Source: Neoechinorhynchus agilis
Lineage: Eukaryota; Animalia; Acanthocephala
DNA length: 64,000 nucleotides
Direction: 5' to 3'
NCBI GenBank assembly: GCA_051530055.1
Contig: CM121342.1
Location: 186,001-250,000 of the forward strand
Part shown: in pieces, positions 21,745 through 36,126 of the stretch
How the letters are laid out: every line of letters starts with the position of its first letter
How positions within the stretch are numbered: position 1 is the first letter of the stretch
Position numbers and translations under genes: made by a program
The notes under the pieces: generated by a model
Database searches by the model: none
Told to the model about the DNA's origin: nothing
Seen by the model: only the letters and a program-made list of their open reading frames with translations

Positions 21745-23119
21745 TTTTGAATCATACGCCACGGTAAAAACGCAGGTGTGATGGGGCATCTTCGTATGAG
21801 AGCGTGTTGGATGAGCTATTCAACAATAATCTCCAGCCAAGATACCGAAGTTTTCTTGAGATTTAGAGAGATATTCTCCGCCGTTCGGAAGACTCCAATA
21901 ATAGGGGAAAATACGTTTCAAATTTTTCCAAAAAATTACTCACGTTCATTGATGCTCCAAGATGCTACCAAGGGTCCTCGGTACAAAGGTTAAAACAAAC
22001 CATCAGCTCCAAAATCGCTCAATTCATCAGCAAACAAAACAGAACGATGCGCGGAATGTACAAGCAGCGATAGGGAACAGACGGCGATTTGCAATGTACA
22101 AAAAACGGAAGAAATATAGTCCGTGAAATTATTTGGCGCACGTTTAAATTTTTATCGTCATTTTTTAATGGAAAAATAAATCACAACATTTCTTTGAAAT
22201 TTTCTCTCGCTTGGGAGGTCGTTCCTTTCAGCAATGTTGGTTTTCGTCCTTGTTCTACTTTCCGAGCGTCCTTAGAAAAATAATTCGAAAAAAGAAGCCA
22301 TGTAGTCTGCTTTCTCGAAGTGTTTTCAAATTAAGAACGATTTTATTCGTCTTCTAAAGTGTTTTTAATGCTCATTATTGAATTGACGGACAGTTTTAAG
22401 TCTCTTCAGATGAAAATTTACAATTGATTTTTAAAGGTGGTAGCATAAAAAATTCAATCAAATGTATTAGTTGGTTCTGTAATTGGAAGCGCTAAAAACC
22501 ACTGCGCTTTAAAAAAGAATGCAACGTTAAAAAATTTCAACCTAACTTATTTGCGGAGAATGACAATCGGCCACCTTATCTTATAAACGTTCACTTAATC
22601 TCGGAGAAAGGATCATAGTAAGGGCTAGGCATAGCATAAAAGCAATGACGCGGGTGAGTGCTTGTAAAGTTTGTCAGTCAAGGCTCTCGGAACAGGAAGA
22701 GAAGCTAACGACAGTGGTTGTTGATTAAAACGTTCAATGTTTAAATGCATTGAACATGCAGTAGTGCTGGGTATAAACTTGACGATCGCGTTATTGAACG
22801 ACACAAAATTATCCGCTAAAAAATGATGAGTATCATTGAACGTTGTCCCATCTTGCTTGGTCGATCCATGACATGAAAAACTTGCAATAAAATTACAAAA
22901 ATTTACATAACAAAAGATTAGTTAACGAACTAACCGGCACACTTCTTAGGATCATTAAGAGTATCGGTCCCAATCCAAATGCCCGTACACCGTAACGCGG
23001 CGAAGACAAAAAAATTAAATAACGGAAACAATGACGAAGTTCAATCTCATACACTTGAACAAATTGCTAGTTTCCCAATGCCCGACATATTATGGCTTAG
23101 TCTGCTCGTGTCGCAAATC

Positions 23120-24045
23120 GAATTTATTTTACTCGTGGCAAACTCCACAACATGAGATTAACCCTTGAAATGGAGAAGATGATATCTAATGCCAAATTTA
23201 CCGGAATCACAATTCCATTATGGAAAGTAGAAGCATTGCTACATAAAGAAAACAGAATTAAACGTACTAACTTGCCCCAACAACTGATCTTAGCGATGAA
23301 TAATCTTAATCGAATTAAGGAGATACGTATCATGAAGTTGTACAAAGGCAGAGGATTCTGCATTGTAGATGAAGAACACTATCATAGAATGGCTGAGGAT
23401 ATCTTATCGGGTTCAGAGTTCCGATCTAATAATATATGCCCACTACAAAACGAGAAAATATGTTCAACCAATATGTACTTACACTAAAGAAGCATGGAAG
23501 GATAGATGATCAAATATACCAAAAACATCATTCCAACAACGGACTTACACCTAACATGTACTTATTGGCAAAAGTACATAAGCCCATTAGAGGCTGGGCC
23601 AATTATTGCATCGCATTCTGCATATAATACGTAAACAGCTTGATATTGGCTACCATGTTAAGAAACTTAGTGCCTCCGGATGAGCACACCGTGTCATCTG
23701 GTGTGGTGTTCACAGGGAGATTGAAGGCGCTCGCATGTGCAGAATATAGAATGATTTTTGCTGATGTCAAACTTCGAAGGCGAGAGCTATGATCAAGTAG
23801 ATGGACTGTCCATGGGGAATGCGCGAATGGGAGGCTAGGAACGTTTCAAGCCTACCTGGTGTGAAGTTCCGGTAGAGAAACGTAGATGACACTTTTATCT
23901 TAGTCGATGAAATCACAGAACCGGCAAAGTTTGCACACGTGCTGAATTAAAAGCACAGCAACATTCAATGGACAGTAGACGGAGAATCATAATGCAATCT
24001 TTTTTGGACGTTTCGATAACGCGACGTCGCAAATCGCATTTGCTA
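23120..24045 (+). pseudogene. Unit-2 copy of the decayed PLE RT
   Basis: Same motifs as 7500-8450. Confidence 0.75.
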
Positions 24046-24059
24046 TATTCGTAAGACGT

Positions 24060-25910
24060 CAACTGTTTTTTGTTACAATGCTCATCTATGTCTTTAGTTT
24101 ACCTATCGAAGTTCATAAACGAGACCAGAAATAAGTAATGACGGCGATTAAGCGGGTAAGACCTGAAAAGCTTTTTTCAGGTATTTCTGATGCAGTGATT
24201 TCAAAGATGTTATCGAATTTTCTTGACATTTGCAGATTTAGCGATCTTTCACGTTTGTGACTTTAGACGAATTAAACAAATGTGATTTGCGACGTTAATA
24301 CGAAAGCCAACAATATACAATAGTATCTATTTCGTACTTCTCGACGCGCTAACTCGTAATCTGTTTTCAGATTTATAAGATAGCTGCGGTAGTTGTTTAG
24401 TAATTCATCTTTAAGTTTTCCGGCAAACAACGTATATTATTGATATTAAAAAATTATTAATTTATGTTTAAATAACTTTTTCCTATATATACTTTGAACG
24501 CGTATTTCACCTGCATGCATTTTTTCTGCTATGCTCATCGGTGTCTTTTTGTTTAACCATTAAAGTTCATAAATGACACCCGAAACAAATAACAACGGCA
24601 GTGATTAGCGGGTAAGACCTAAAATGCTTCTTTGGGTATTTCTGATGCGGTGCTTGCAATGATGTAATTGAATTTTGTTGACGTTTTTAAAATTTAATGA
24701 TCTTTCACGTTTATGACTATTGATGAATTGAACAAATTCAATTTGCGGCTTTATTGCGAAAGCTAGCAATATACAGTATGGTTCGTTTGGTACTTCTCGG
24801 CGCGCTAACTCAAAATCTGTTTTCAGATTTTAGATATCTGAAATAGTTCTTTAGTTATTCGTCTTTCAATTATTTGGCAAACAACCGTGATTATTGATAT
24901 CAAAACATCAAATAATTTATAATTAACGCTAGTTACACGTGTATACACTGTTTTTTGTTTCTATGTTCATCTTTGTTTTTTCTTTACCTGTTGAACTTCA
25001 TAAAAGCCACAAAAATCAAATAGTAATAATAAGGATTAAGCTGGTAAGACATAATAAGCTTTTTCGGGTATTTCTGATGCGGTGCTTACGCGGCAATGCC
25101 GCGGCCATCAAGGAAGCTGCCGAACAAACATAACATTTGAAGACAAGAATTAAACAAGAGTTTGTCAAACTCATTTTATTTTATATTTATAATTAAATAA
25201 CTTTTTCTCCATCAACTTTCAACGCTGATTACACCTGCATATACTGTTTTTAGTTTCTATGCTTATCTATGTCTTTAGATTACCTATTGAAGTTCACACA
25301 AGACACCAGAAATAAACAATAACGGCGATTAAGCGGGTAAGACATGAGAAGTTTTTTGGGTACTTCTGATGCGGTGATTTCATTGATGTTATTTAATTTT
25401 GTTGACGTTATCAAATTGTATGATCTTCAACGTTTATGACTTTACACTAATTTAACAAATGTTATTTGATTCATAAGTACCAAAGGTAGCCATTATACGG
25501 TATTGTCCGTTGAGTACTCCTCGACGCGCTAATTCTAAATATGTTTTCAGATTTGCGATAGCTGCAACATTTCTCGAATTATTCGTCTTTCCTATTGTGG
25601 ACAAAAAACCGTGATTTTTGATATCAAAACATAAATGAATTTATAATTAAATAACTTTTCCTTGATAAAATTTTAACGCGGATTTCACTTGCATATACCG
25701 GTTTTCGTTGCTACGCCCATCTTTGTCTTAAGTTTACCTATTGAAGTCTACAAAAGACACGACAAATTAATAATAAGAGCGATTAAGCGAGTAAGAATTT
25801 GCAACCTTTTTTGGGTGTTTCTGATGCGGTAATTCCATTAATGTTATTCAATTTTTTTGACGTTATCAAATTTGATGATCTTTCACGTTTATGACTATTT
25901 GGGTTGTTTC
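24060..25910. repeat. Unit-2 copy of the ~450-bp tandem repeat
   Basis: Near-identical to 8455-10330. Confidence 0.85.
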
Positions 25911-26019
25911 TTGGCGTAGAAATAAAAATGATTTTATTTTTTAATTTTTTAAATCCGATATTTGAGCTCAATCTTGTGCCATTATCAAGGTCTAAAAATT
26001 ACGTCGGGAATTGATCAAT

Positions 26020-29000
26020 ATTCACTGTCCTAAGATTGAGCCTAAAGTCCGCCTTATTCGCTGCCCAAATGGTGGCGTTTGTTGTGCGAAATGATTGAGT
26101 ATTGCGGAACTAGCATCGGTACCTCTCTTCTGAGTATACTTGTGTTCTTTAAACATCTGATGAGGAGTAAGCACGCGTCCCCGGCGGAAGGGGAATAACT
26201 ATGGACTTGGAAAGTTCAAGGAAGTTCTTCGTAGATTTTGGGAAAGTCATAGTTAAGTCTGCCATTTACCTGCGCTTAGCTTTGATTTCCTTCTAATTCC
26301 CGATACCTCGAGAATATTTCGTTTTTTTCACTTGCCAAATCTGCGTTCAGTTGTCCCGATAACCCATTCGAATAATGTGCGACAGTAATATACTGTTGTA
26401 TTAATGTTCAATCGACACTCTCTTCGTTCTCCATCTTAGAGCACATCGGCCGCAAGCCTTAAGATGTTCGCGAAGTACAGGGTTCTGCTGCGTCGCCTCT
26501 TGCTCCCGATCTTGAAATATATTCAAACATCGACATTTAACACATGGGTAGGTGCCTGAAGCATCAGATCGGATATTGTATACGTATCTTCTGAAAACTG
26601 GAGCAAAAGATTCGGCTTTCTTGCTCATAAAAAGGGCGTGAACCGTAAAATCACACGAGTGTGCTTCGGCAGCTGCGAACATCACAAACATTGGCTGTCA
26701 TGGCGCCGAGTCATTATGGCTAAGGTGTATTCATATCCATTGAGTACATGAGAAGGGGATTCGACCTTCTCGCTACAACGCCGACACGACTTGCCACGTT
26801 GATGGTCCATTCGGTTAAGGACTGAACCAACCTCTAAGAGCTGAAGCCGAAGCTTTACGTGCTTTACGTAAGAGTTGTACCGAGCTTGTCTATACCGAAA
26901 CGATATAAGATTTCGGTCAACAAGCCCGTCCGTAAAGCACTCATGACCATGCGTTTGCTTCGTCGCGTCTTTACGTTTGGAATATTCCGCGTGAATTTAC
27001 TGACTAAGCTCGTGTTGGTCACTTAGCTTTTTGAGGTGGTCCGTTAGTGAACCGATCTCTTTGCGGAGATCAATGGCGCTTCCGAATTTATCCAAAACTG
27101 CTCTCAAAGCATTGAACCGTGTGCACTGCACTTCCTGCTCCAGGCTTCTGAATCCTAGACCACCTTTTGAGAGTGGCACATAAAATGCGCCATCGCTGAG
27201 ATTCCTCGGAAGCTTGGGGAGGTTCTTCAATTTAGATCTCCACAGCTCGTCGATACGTCTCAGGTTCGTGGACGATATATCCCATGAGGCTCCGAGCTTA
27301 GCCAACAGGGATGGCACCGCGTAATCATTCAATAGGTGCGCTGCCTGTGTGGGCGATACAAGGGCGCTCCTAGCAACGGCAAAAAGGTTTTCCAGTGCGC
27401 TTTTCGCTTCATCTAGTGTGGTCTCCTTCCACTGAGTGCCGCCTAGGTACTTCACTGGATCGCCTTCGATGATGGCTTTGAGTACGACTCCGTTTATGCG
27501 GATACCGGACTTATGTCCACCACCAACTTTCTCCCTCTAGTGCTTTGCCGATATGTTTGACATTTTTCTGGGCTCAGAAAGAGCATGTTCTCTTTGAGCT
27601 TAACTTGAAGAATGTCAATAATTTTTGGACGTTCGCGTAATCATCCGCCAGTAGAAGGACATCGTCCATGAAGATTGCGAACCTCTTGCAGTGCCTCGTC
27701 GACGCAAATCGCGAATAGCAATGGGGATAGCGGGGTCTCCTTGCTTCACTCCTCTTAGGAGCCTGATGGGATCTGAGGGCCTCGAATTAGACATGTGGAT
27801 CCTCGTACGGCTTCCGCGGAATGTGTTCATCACATATCTGCTAAGATAGTGTTACGAAGTGGTTTCTCAAGCGCACCGTGCGACACAAAAGATTCGCCGT
27901 TCATTCTTATCGAAGGGGGTGTTGACCGTGAAATCGCAGGAGTATGCTGCGGCAGCAGCACCGAGGTGAACTTCCAGTAGTACATTCGCGTCCGAGACGC
28001 TAAGTGCAACGTTTTGATAGTACTCCATGTTGCTCTGTACCTCCGTTAAGGTCTTCGAAGATACCTTTCTCCATAACGAAGGGTTACCTAGTACATGGTA
28101 AGCGATCGCACAGAGTAACTGACGAGGACCTCTGCTCAGCTTAATGATCCTCAGGCCCATCTCCCTCGCTCTGGAGGTAGTAGGCACTTCAGTGCTACGC
28201 AGGCAGCACAAGTACTGTTCATACCGCGACGCTGCCGCATCCACAAAATCACCATTCGGTGGACCTTCTTTGTGTCTTAAGACACGTCCCTCGTTCTCGA
28301 GGTGACTGCGCTGTCGAGGATGTAAATCCTCTTTACCGAGAACCACGGTAACAAACTCGTACGGTTCGGCAACAGTAAAAAATGTTGGCTCGACAATACA
28401 GTCAAGTGCATAATGATCGCATTCACTCGCCGAACAAGACTATAGCGTACTCATCATGGAACTTTCATGGCCGGCCGGTTTTACGTTACCTGCAAAGCCA
28501 GGTGATTCTTGGTCAGAGGGTGGGTTTTCTTCAACGTAGTCGTCCGTAGGCCGGGTCAAAGAGGTAGACAACTCGATTGCACCATCTCCACACAAACTGT
28601 GCAAAGCGCTGTTCAGATTGTCCGCAGCTTGATCGATAAATTTTGCTGTATGACATGCATCCTCTCCCGGTACGTCATCGGATTCCTCGACTGTGCTGAT
28701 TGCGGCTTCGTGTTCGTCTTCTTCGGTTATTGGCTCGAGGACTAGGGCGGCCCTTTCCTGTTATGAATTATGATCATGGTTGCCATCGCTCAATGTGGGC
28801 CTTCAAATGAGCTTCTTCGCGTATGTTGCCACGTCGTACTGTCCGATCTTTTTCGCATTGAGTTAGATGCGCACGCGCGCTAACGCATTTTCCGTACTCA
28901 TTCATGTTGCACGCTCTGCAAAAATATGTAATCTCGGATATTCCGTGAGCCTTTCTTATATGCGTTCTTTGTTTTTCACTTCCTTAGGTGCAGCCCAACA

Positions 29001-29389
29001 CTCTTTGATTCGCTGTTCTTGAAGTCGCTACAGACAGGACCATGTAATCTGCCGAATTGTGTGTTCCGAGACCAGATGATCGGTGAAGACTCTCTTCTTC
29101 GTCTTTCCAACCGCATGAAATTCGCATGTATTCAGTTGCTCACTTCGGGCAGCGTGCTTTGCGTAAACAGGGCAGACAAGGGGCTCATCAGGATCAACGT
29201 TATGATCAATTTCGATCGGCGACGGTTATCATTCGTGACATAACCGGACTGATGAATTGAGTTGTTAATTTCCAGCTGGCGTCATCTATAATAGAAAGCG
29301 CAACCCACGGTGGATTGGGGAGTAACATCTGACTTCTTTATTGTGGGTTTGTTTGGAAAAGTCATATTTACGTCCACCGTTTACTCGCG
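26020..29389 (-). mobile_element. Unit-2 copies of the isolated 5' end (leader 26246-26294) and of family A (leader 29361-29389)
   Basis: Collinear with 10440-13820. Confidence 0.88.
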
Positions 29390-29488
29390 TGTTTGTTAGA
29401 AATAGACGCTGGCATGACGGACCAGGGGTCCTGAGGCAAAACGTAAATTGATGTTGAGCGAGGGCCTGATTGTATTTTAGATGTTTAC

Positions 29489-29529
29489 AAAACCTGAAGA
29501 GGAGACCGGCGAGTCTCGAAAATTCGATT
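29489..29529 (+). ncRNA. Unit-2 copy of the hammerhead relic
   Basis: Identical core to 13957-13997. Confidence 0.6.
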
Positions 29530-29559
29530 AAATAAATAAATGTCTGGGTGAAAGACGTC

Positions 29560-30170
29560 ACAAAAACAATTTCCTGTATGTTATTTGCTTGAAATCAGAA
29601 GATATTGCATTAGCACGGGTTTTTTAATTATTAAACATATGACGTTTTTTTGCAACGAGTAAGCGGCGGACGTTGCGAAAAATCTAAAGCACAATAAAAC
29701 CACTGCTGTCGATTTTGGTTTTAATGTATGCTATTCGCTCAAAATAAGTTGATATGTCGTGAGCACGGTTTCTAATTTTTGAGCAGATGAGGTCATATTT
29801 TTGATGTAAAAACGAAAAAACTGAAACACCAATTATACGCTGCCGTTGATTTTTGTTTTCCTGGATGTTATTTGCTCGAAATCGGAAGATGTTGCTTGAG
29901 CAAGTGTTTTAATTTTTAAAACTTATGGCGCTTTTTGCAACGAGTTAGCGGCGGGCGTAACTTTGACTGCAGCAATAAAACACTGCAGTTGATATCTGTT
30001 TTCCTGTATGTTATTTTCGAGCTTTTTCGTTGTTTATACCGAAAACATATTAAATCCATTGTCATAGTTACGCATCAGTTTTAAAAATTAAAACACGTGC
30101 TCATGCAAAATACCGTGATTTATAGCAAATAATATACCGCAAAACCGAGTCGACTGCAGCGTTTTATTGC
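29560..30170. repeat. Unit-2 copy of the ~135-bp satellite
   Basis: Near-identical to 14030-14640. Confidence 0.85.
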
Positions 30171-30984
30171 TACTTGATTTTCCTCATTTTTATATCGAAA
30201 GCACGTTAAATCCATAACGGGTTTACCAATAAGAGAGTAGTTACGTCCGGCTTAGATTTGTTGAGATGTAGTGTAAAATGAACAGCATCATTGAACGTTG
30301 TCCCATCTTGCTTGGTGGATCCATGGCATGAAAAACTTGCAAGCGGGTAAGACTTGAAAAGCTTTTTGAGTTTTTGTCATGCGACGATTTCATTGATGTT
30401 ATCGACTTTTGTTGACGTTTTCAAATTCAATGATCTTTCACGTTTGTTACTTTTTACGAATTCAACAAATGCGGGTTTCGACTTCAATACGAATGGCATA
30501 AATCGCCTTATATGTTTCTATTTTTTAAATTTTTTTCATTTAGTTAACATTAATGACACGTTTATTTATTTGTGAGTTAATAAAGCAAAGGAACCATGTA
30601 TCTTTGGGTCCTCCGAACACTCTAATGAGCAGGGGTTGTGTCTTTTGTCCGGTTCATGATTATTTAAATTTTGACGTCCAAACAGATCTTGAACGTTGTT
30701 TCGCTTTTTTGGTAGATTTTTTGGTGTGCTAGTTGATTTTGATTTGTTCGATTTTGGTTGGTTTAATTTGTAGTTGTTGTCTTTTGTTCTTTCCTCTAAA
30801 TCAATTCGCATTTGGAGGATTGAGCAGTGAGGAAAAAAGAGCGGAGGTACAGATTTGTGCGAGGAACTGAAGGATGGAAAATGTTGGGGCTACGAGTGTT
30901 GTAAGTGTGAGAAAAGGAGAAATGTGAGGCGCTTTGAGCGCTTTTGAAAGATTAGAGAGAGGTGTTTCTAAGGGCGCACCTCTG

Positions 30985-31473
30985 AAAATAAATACCAAGT
31001 GCTGTTTGATTGAGAGAGTAACTCGGAAGAGCTGCAAGTCGCCGCATGTGCATGAGTCTCTCCTCCGATTCAGGCCGTAGACTCATGGGTTGATTGTGCG
31101 ATGGCAAAAAATTACTTTTTATATAGTGTGGTGCGAGGGAGAGGCGGATTGAATCTGTTCGGACATCGCATATTTCGGACAGGTTCCCTTGGCGAGATGA
31201 ACGGGAGAAATTTACATGGAAGGGAACGCAGGGAGGTCATGTATTTATCGAAGATTTTGGAAAGGTGTTCTTCGATTGGTGGGAGGTCCTTGGAGCAAAT
31301 TTTGCAGGCTTGCTTATTTAAGGAGGAAAGCAAGCGCAGTTGATGGGTGGATAAATTGCAAAAGGTTGGGTATGCATATGAGATTGCAGGGACCACAACG
31401 GACCAATAGAAATGTGCTAGATCGCGTGGGCTGACTCCGAGGAAACGCAAGCGCTTGATAAAATACAATTTAG
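30985..31473 (-). pseudogene. Unit-2 L2-like remnant (lacks the ~390 bp present at 15450-15838)
   Basis: ggcgcacctct is joined directly to gaaaataaatacc. Confidence 0.7.
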
Positions 31474-31475
31474 CA

Positions 31476-33798
31476 GCAACACACCTATTCAGGAAATTTT
31501 CGAGGCACTCGAAAAAGGGCAGGTTATCTCTAATTGGTTTGTTCTTTTCGCCGCCTCAGCGGTCTATCATTGCGACTTCGTTATTTATAACAACGATTGC
31601 AAGCATCCGAAGAGTCATGTGTACTGGTGCCACTTCAAATGTCTTTACTCTATGGGAAGACAAAAATGGCCTCTTTCCATGCGTTCGTTGCCTCGGTTTA
31701 ACTAAAAACCATGCACGTTCAATCAACGCAAAACGAAATAGAGCGCTGTACTTTTCGGACACCGTGAAGCTAGCTAAAGAGACGTTTAAGGGTTCTCAAC
31801 AGAGAGAATGCGCTTTAAATCCTGCCGAAGTCACCTTTCACAATCCTTCCAACTAATAACGTCTCACGAGATTGAACAAGCAATTAAAAGAATTAAATCT
31901 TCTGCAGCAGGTCATCACAAGATAACATTACGACAGATTAGAGCCTTTGACCCAACGCTATGTGGCATGACTGTTTTGCTAAGCACTATAATACACAGCG
32001 GGTTTCCTCCCGACCCACTTCACGAGTCCAAAACAATAATGATCCCAAAATCAAACGCTTCTTCCCACAAATTTAAGTCGATAGGTGGATGGAAGCCGAT
32101 CACTATCTCGTCGCTGATCGTGCGTATACTTCATCGCGTCCTGCTGAAACGATTGAAGGAATCCTGCAAACTGAACGAAGGCCAGGCCGCGTTTGACCCT
32201 TCTGCATGTTCCTGCAACCTTCGTATTATAAAGGCTGCTATCCGGCAATGTCGTGCCCGTAAAGTACCACTCTCAGTAGCAGTACTCGACATTACGTCCG
32301 CCTTTGATACTGTCGCTCACTGTGCCCTCGATTCTGCACTCCGCAGTAAGAATTGCCCGGAGTATCTACGCAGATATATAATGGCGTCTCATTCTTCTGG
32401 TTACACTCGCATCAAGGTGAACGGTCAGCCACAGTCAGTACCGAACCGTTTTAGCATAGGTGTCAAACAGGGTGATCCTCTTTCACCCCCTTTATTTGCT
32501 TTAATAATGGACGATATCCTCGACGACCTGTCGAATTCACAGTTAGGGTGCAAGCTCCGGAATGATTTATCTCTTTCCCACCTTGTGTATGCCGACGATG
32601 TCCTCTTTTTGGCGGACAACGACTCAAATCTTATAGTGATGGTCGATATGATTGTAAGCGGACTGCAACGAAAGGAACCTTCGCTGTCTGTCGAAAAATG
32701 TCGCCACTATAGCCACACGTATAACAATGGCAAACTTTGCATCAAATACAAAGCGACAATACACATATCCGGTAGTCCTGTTAGCCCAGTCATTGAAGGG
32801 GAACCTGTGAAATATCTCGGAGGTCACCCGTGGAAAAACACGTCGTTTGAACAGGCTTCACTTGAACTGGGCAGGCTCTTTAATGAGGTCAAAGATGCGC
32901 AGTTGCACCGAACGCAATCGGCACATTTAATAAACGACTACGCAGGCCCCGTATATGTTGGAAAAATCGCCGCCGCTTGGGGCTTTTCGCCCACTGATTT
33001 CACTAAGATCGATATTATGTGGAGAACGCGGCTTAAGAGCATATTGCAGCTGCCCGACACGTTTCGGACGGTGCGTTTCACCTACCACTGTCTGGGTTAT
33101 CGATCAATCTACAACGAAATCATGGCGATGCGCTTTAATTCCGTTCAAAAAGTGCTGGCCCGGTTTAATGGCCTTGTCAATGTCTCAAAGGAGGTAACGC
33201 AAATTAATAAGTTCCTCGAAGGTCTAGGAATCAACGAACAATGCGGGAGCTTGAATGTCAATATAAACATTAATTCTTCTATTCACAGATCATTGATAAG
33301 TCTCTGGAAAGAGGCAATGACTCAAAGTCAAGGGCTCGACTGTTTCACGAATGGCATGTTCGAACGGAATTTAATCTCCTTCCGGTATCGGCAAGACCGG
33401 TACAGTTCATATGTCGAACAAGTAAAGCTACGGCTTCAATTATTGGACGTAGGTTCGGTGTTGGCACGAATGGATCCCAAGCAGAAAAAGTCATGCTGAA
33501 ACTGCACGGCTCCAAATGAGACACAAGTTCATGTGTTGAACATGTGTGACCACTCCTCAACATCGATATCCAAAAGACATGATCATGTGCAGAGTCGACT
33601 TACTTAGACTCTGAAGAAGGAACAAGGCGTAGACTTCGAGGTCGTCAAAGGAAATAGATTCCATGATTCGGCCGGCAATCTTTACAAGCCAGATCTTATC
33701 CTGCATTGCAAGCACACTGGTACAGTACATTGGGTTAAGAGGCACCTATAGCCATTCTCTTCTTAAGCGGCTTCGGATCCTACACATAGACATACGTA
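31476..33798 (+). mobile_element. Unit-2 copy of family B (extra frameshift near 31850)
   Basis: ORFs 31455-31856 and 31808-33499 match 16312-18357. Confidence 0.92.
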
Positions 33799-33802
33799 CT
33801 GC

Positions 33803-36084
33803 ACGAGGCGGCGTAATCGAGCCCTGTATTTCGCGAACACTCCAAGGCTTGCGGACGAGGTGTTCAAGGATGCAAAGCGGCGAGATTGTACACTTAGCAT
33901 TGATCACACAGTGGATCATTATAGAAAGCTATTCGAAGGGGATGATCAAGCTCATACCAGGCCGGCTACTTCTGAACCTACAACGGATGAGCGGTGGCCG
34001 TCAATCACAGTGGTGGAGGTTAAAAATGCCTTGAAAGGCATAAAGACCTCAAGCGCTCCTGGGCCCGACCGAATAACGGTGAGAGACATCCGTGCCTTCG
34101 ACCCGTGCTTGGTTGGGATGACGTTGTTGTTCAACTTCGTCATGCAAACTGGTCGACCACCACAGTCGTGGTTCGAGTTGAAAACTCTACTTTTGCCAAA
34201 GGCGAGCGCGCCACCAGCGAAGCTAAAAACTCAGAGTGGCTGGAGACCTATAGCGATCTCCTCCATTATAATACGGATCCTGCACCGCATTCTAGTTGGA
34301 AGGCTTCGATGAGTATGCAGCCTCGATGATGGACAAACGGCGTTTGACCCTTCGGCATGTTTTGCTAATTTACTAACTTTGCGGAGCGTAGTAAGAGAGA
34401 AAAGGGCAAACAAGCAACCTCTTGCAGTTGCCGTGCTTGACGTAAAAAGTGCCTTTGATACTGTGTCGCACGGTGCGCTTGAGGAACCACTTCGTAACAC
34501 TATCTTAGCAGATATGTGATGAACACATTCCGCGGAAGCCGTACGAGGATCCACATGTCTAATTCGAGGCCCTCAGATCCCATCAGGCTCCTAAGAGGAG
34601 TGAAGCAAGGAGACCCCGCTATCCCCATTGCTATTCGCGATTTGCGTCGACGAGGCACTGCAAGAGGTTCGCAATCTTCATGGACGATGTCCTTCTACTG
34701 GCGGATGATTACGCGAACGTCCAAAAATTATTGACATTCTTCAAGTTAAGCTCAAAGAGAACATGCTCTTTCTGAGCCCAGAAAAATGTCAAACATATCG
34801 GCAAAGCTATAAATGCGGGAAGCTGGTAGTGGACATGGAGACCGGTATTCGTATAAATGGAGTCGTACTCAAAGCCATCATCGAAGGCGATCCAGTGAAG
34901 TACCTAGGCGACACTCAGTGGAAGGAGACCACACTAGATGAAGCGAAAAGCGCACTGGAAAACCTTTTTGCCGTTGCTAGGAGCGTCCTTGTATCGCCCA
35001 CACAGGCAGCGCACCTATTGAATGATTACGCGGTGCCATCCCTGTTGGCTAAGCTCGGAGCCTCATGGGATATATCGTCCACGAACCTGAGACGTATCGA
35101 CGAGCTGTGGAGATCTAAATTGAAGAACCTCCCCAAGCTTCCGAGGAATCTCAGCGATGGCGCATTTTATGTGCCACTCTCAAAAGGTGGTCTAGGATTC
35201 AGAAGCCTGGAGCAGGAAGTGCAGTGCACACGGTTCAATGCTTTGAGAGCAGTTTTGGATAAATTCGGAAGCGCCATTGATCTCCGCAAAGAGATCGGTT
35301 CACTAACGGACCACCTCAAAAAGCTAAGTGACCAACACGAGCTTAGTCAGTAAATTCACGCGGAATATTCCAAACGCAAAGACGCGACGAAGCAAACGCA
35401 TGGTCATGAGTGCTTTACGGACGGGCTTGTTGACCGAAATCTTATATCGTTTCGGTATAGACAAGCTCGGTACAACTCTTACGTAGAGCACGTAAAGCTT
35501 CGGCTTCAGCTCTTAGAGGTTGGTTCAGTCCTTAACCGAATGGACCATCAACGTGGCAAGTCGTGTCGGCGTTGTACCGAGAAGGTCGAATCCTGTTCTC
35601 ATGTGCTCAATGGATGTGAGTACACCTCAGCCATAATGACCCGGCGCAATGACAGGGTGCAATCGCGCCAGGCATGGACGTTGGCGAAGCGGCCTAGGCC
35701 AAAATTTGAGGTTTTGGAGCAGAACCGGTTTCATGACGAGGCCGGCGATCTGCATAAACCAGATCTCATTTTGCGCAACAAGTCCAGTGGCAAGGTGCTC
35801 ATAGCAGACGTTGCTGTCCACTACGAGACTTGAAGAGATCGTGGTGAAGCTGTCATGAAGGGCAAGGAAGACAAGTACGAACCAATTGTTACGGTAGTGG
35901 CCGCACACTTTAAAGTTGAACAACATAAAGTTGCCACTATTGGTCTCGCAGTGGGGTCACGTGGGACATTTACCCAATCCTTGCTCCGCCGCCTCAAGCT
36001 CCTCTCTATGGGGAATAAAACGGCGTTGAATATGGCAAAAACAGCGGCAAAACAGTCGTTGGCCGTATTCCACGCTTTTATGGG
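33803..36084 (+). mobile_element. Unit-2 copy of family A (plus strand), with CCHC and RLE readable
   Basis: CRRCTEKVESCSHVLNGC, KPDLIL, ADVAVHYE. Confidence 0.9.
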
Positions 36085-36109
36085 CTCGCAGTGTCGGACT
36101 TTACTTTGG

Positions 36110-36126
36110 GACGAAGCATTTGGCTA
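36110..36126 (-). pseudogene. 17-bp 28S stub downstream of the R2 site
   Basis: Minus strand TAGCCAAATGCTTCGTC. Confidence 0.8.

Larger units (their letters stand above)
5315..36084 (+). repeat. Tandem segmental duplication: unit 1 5315-20896 (15582 bp), unit 2 20897-36084 (15188 bp), plus ~25 bp of a third unit
   Basis: Both halves have the same order of fragments. The boundary motif ctcg(c/t)agtgtcggactt occurs at 5315, 20897 and 36085. Confidence 0.93.
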
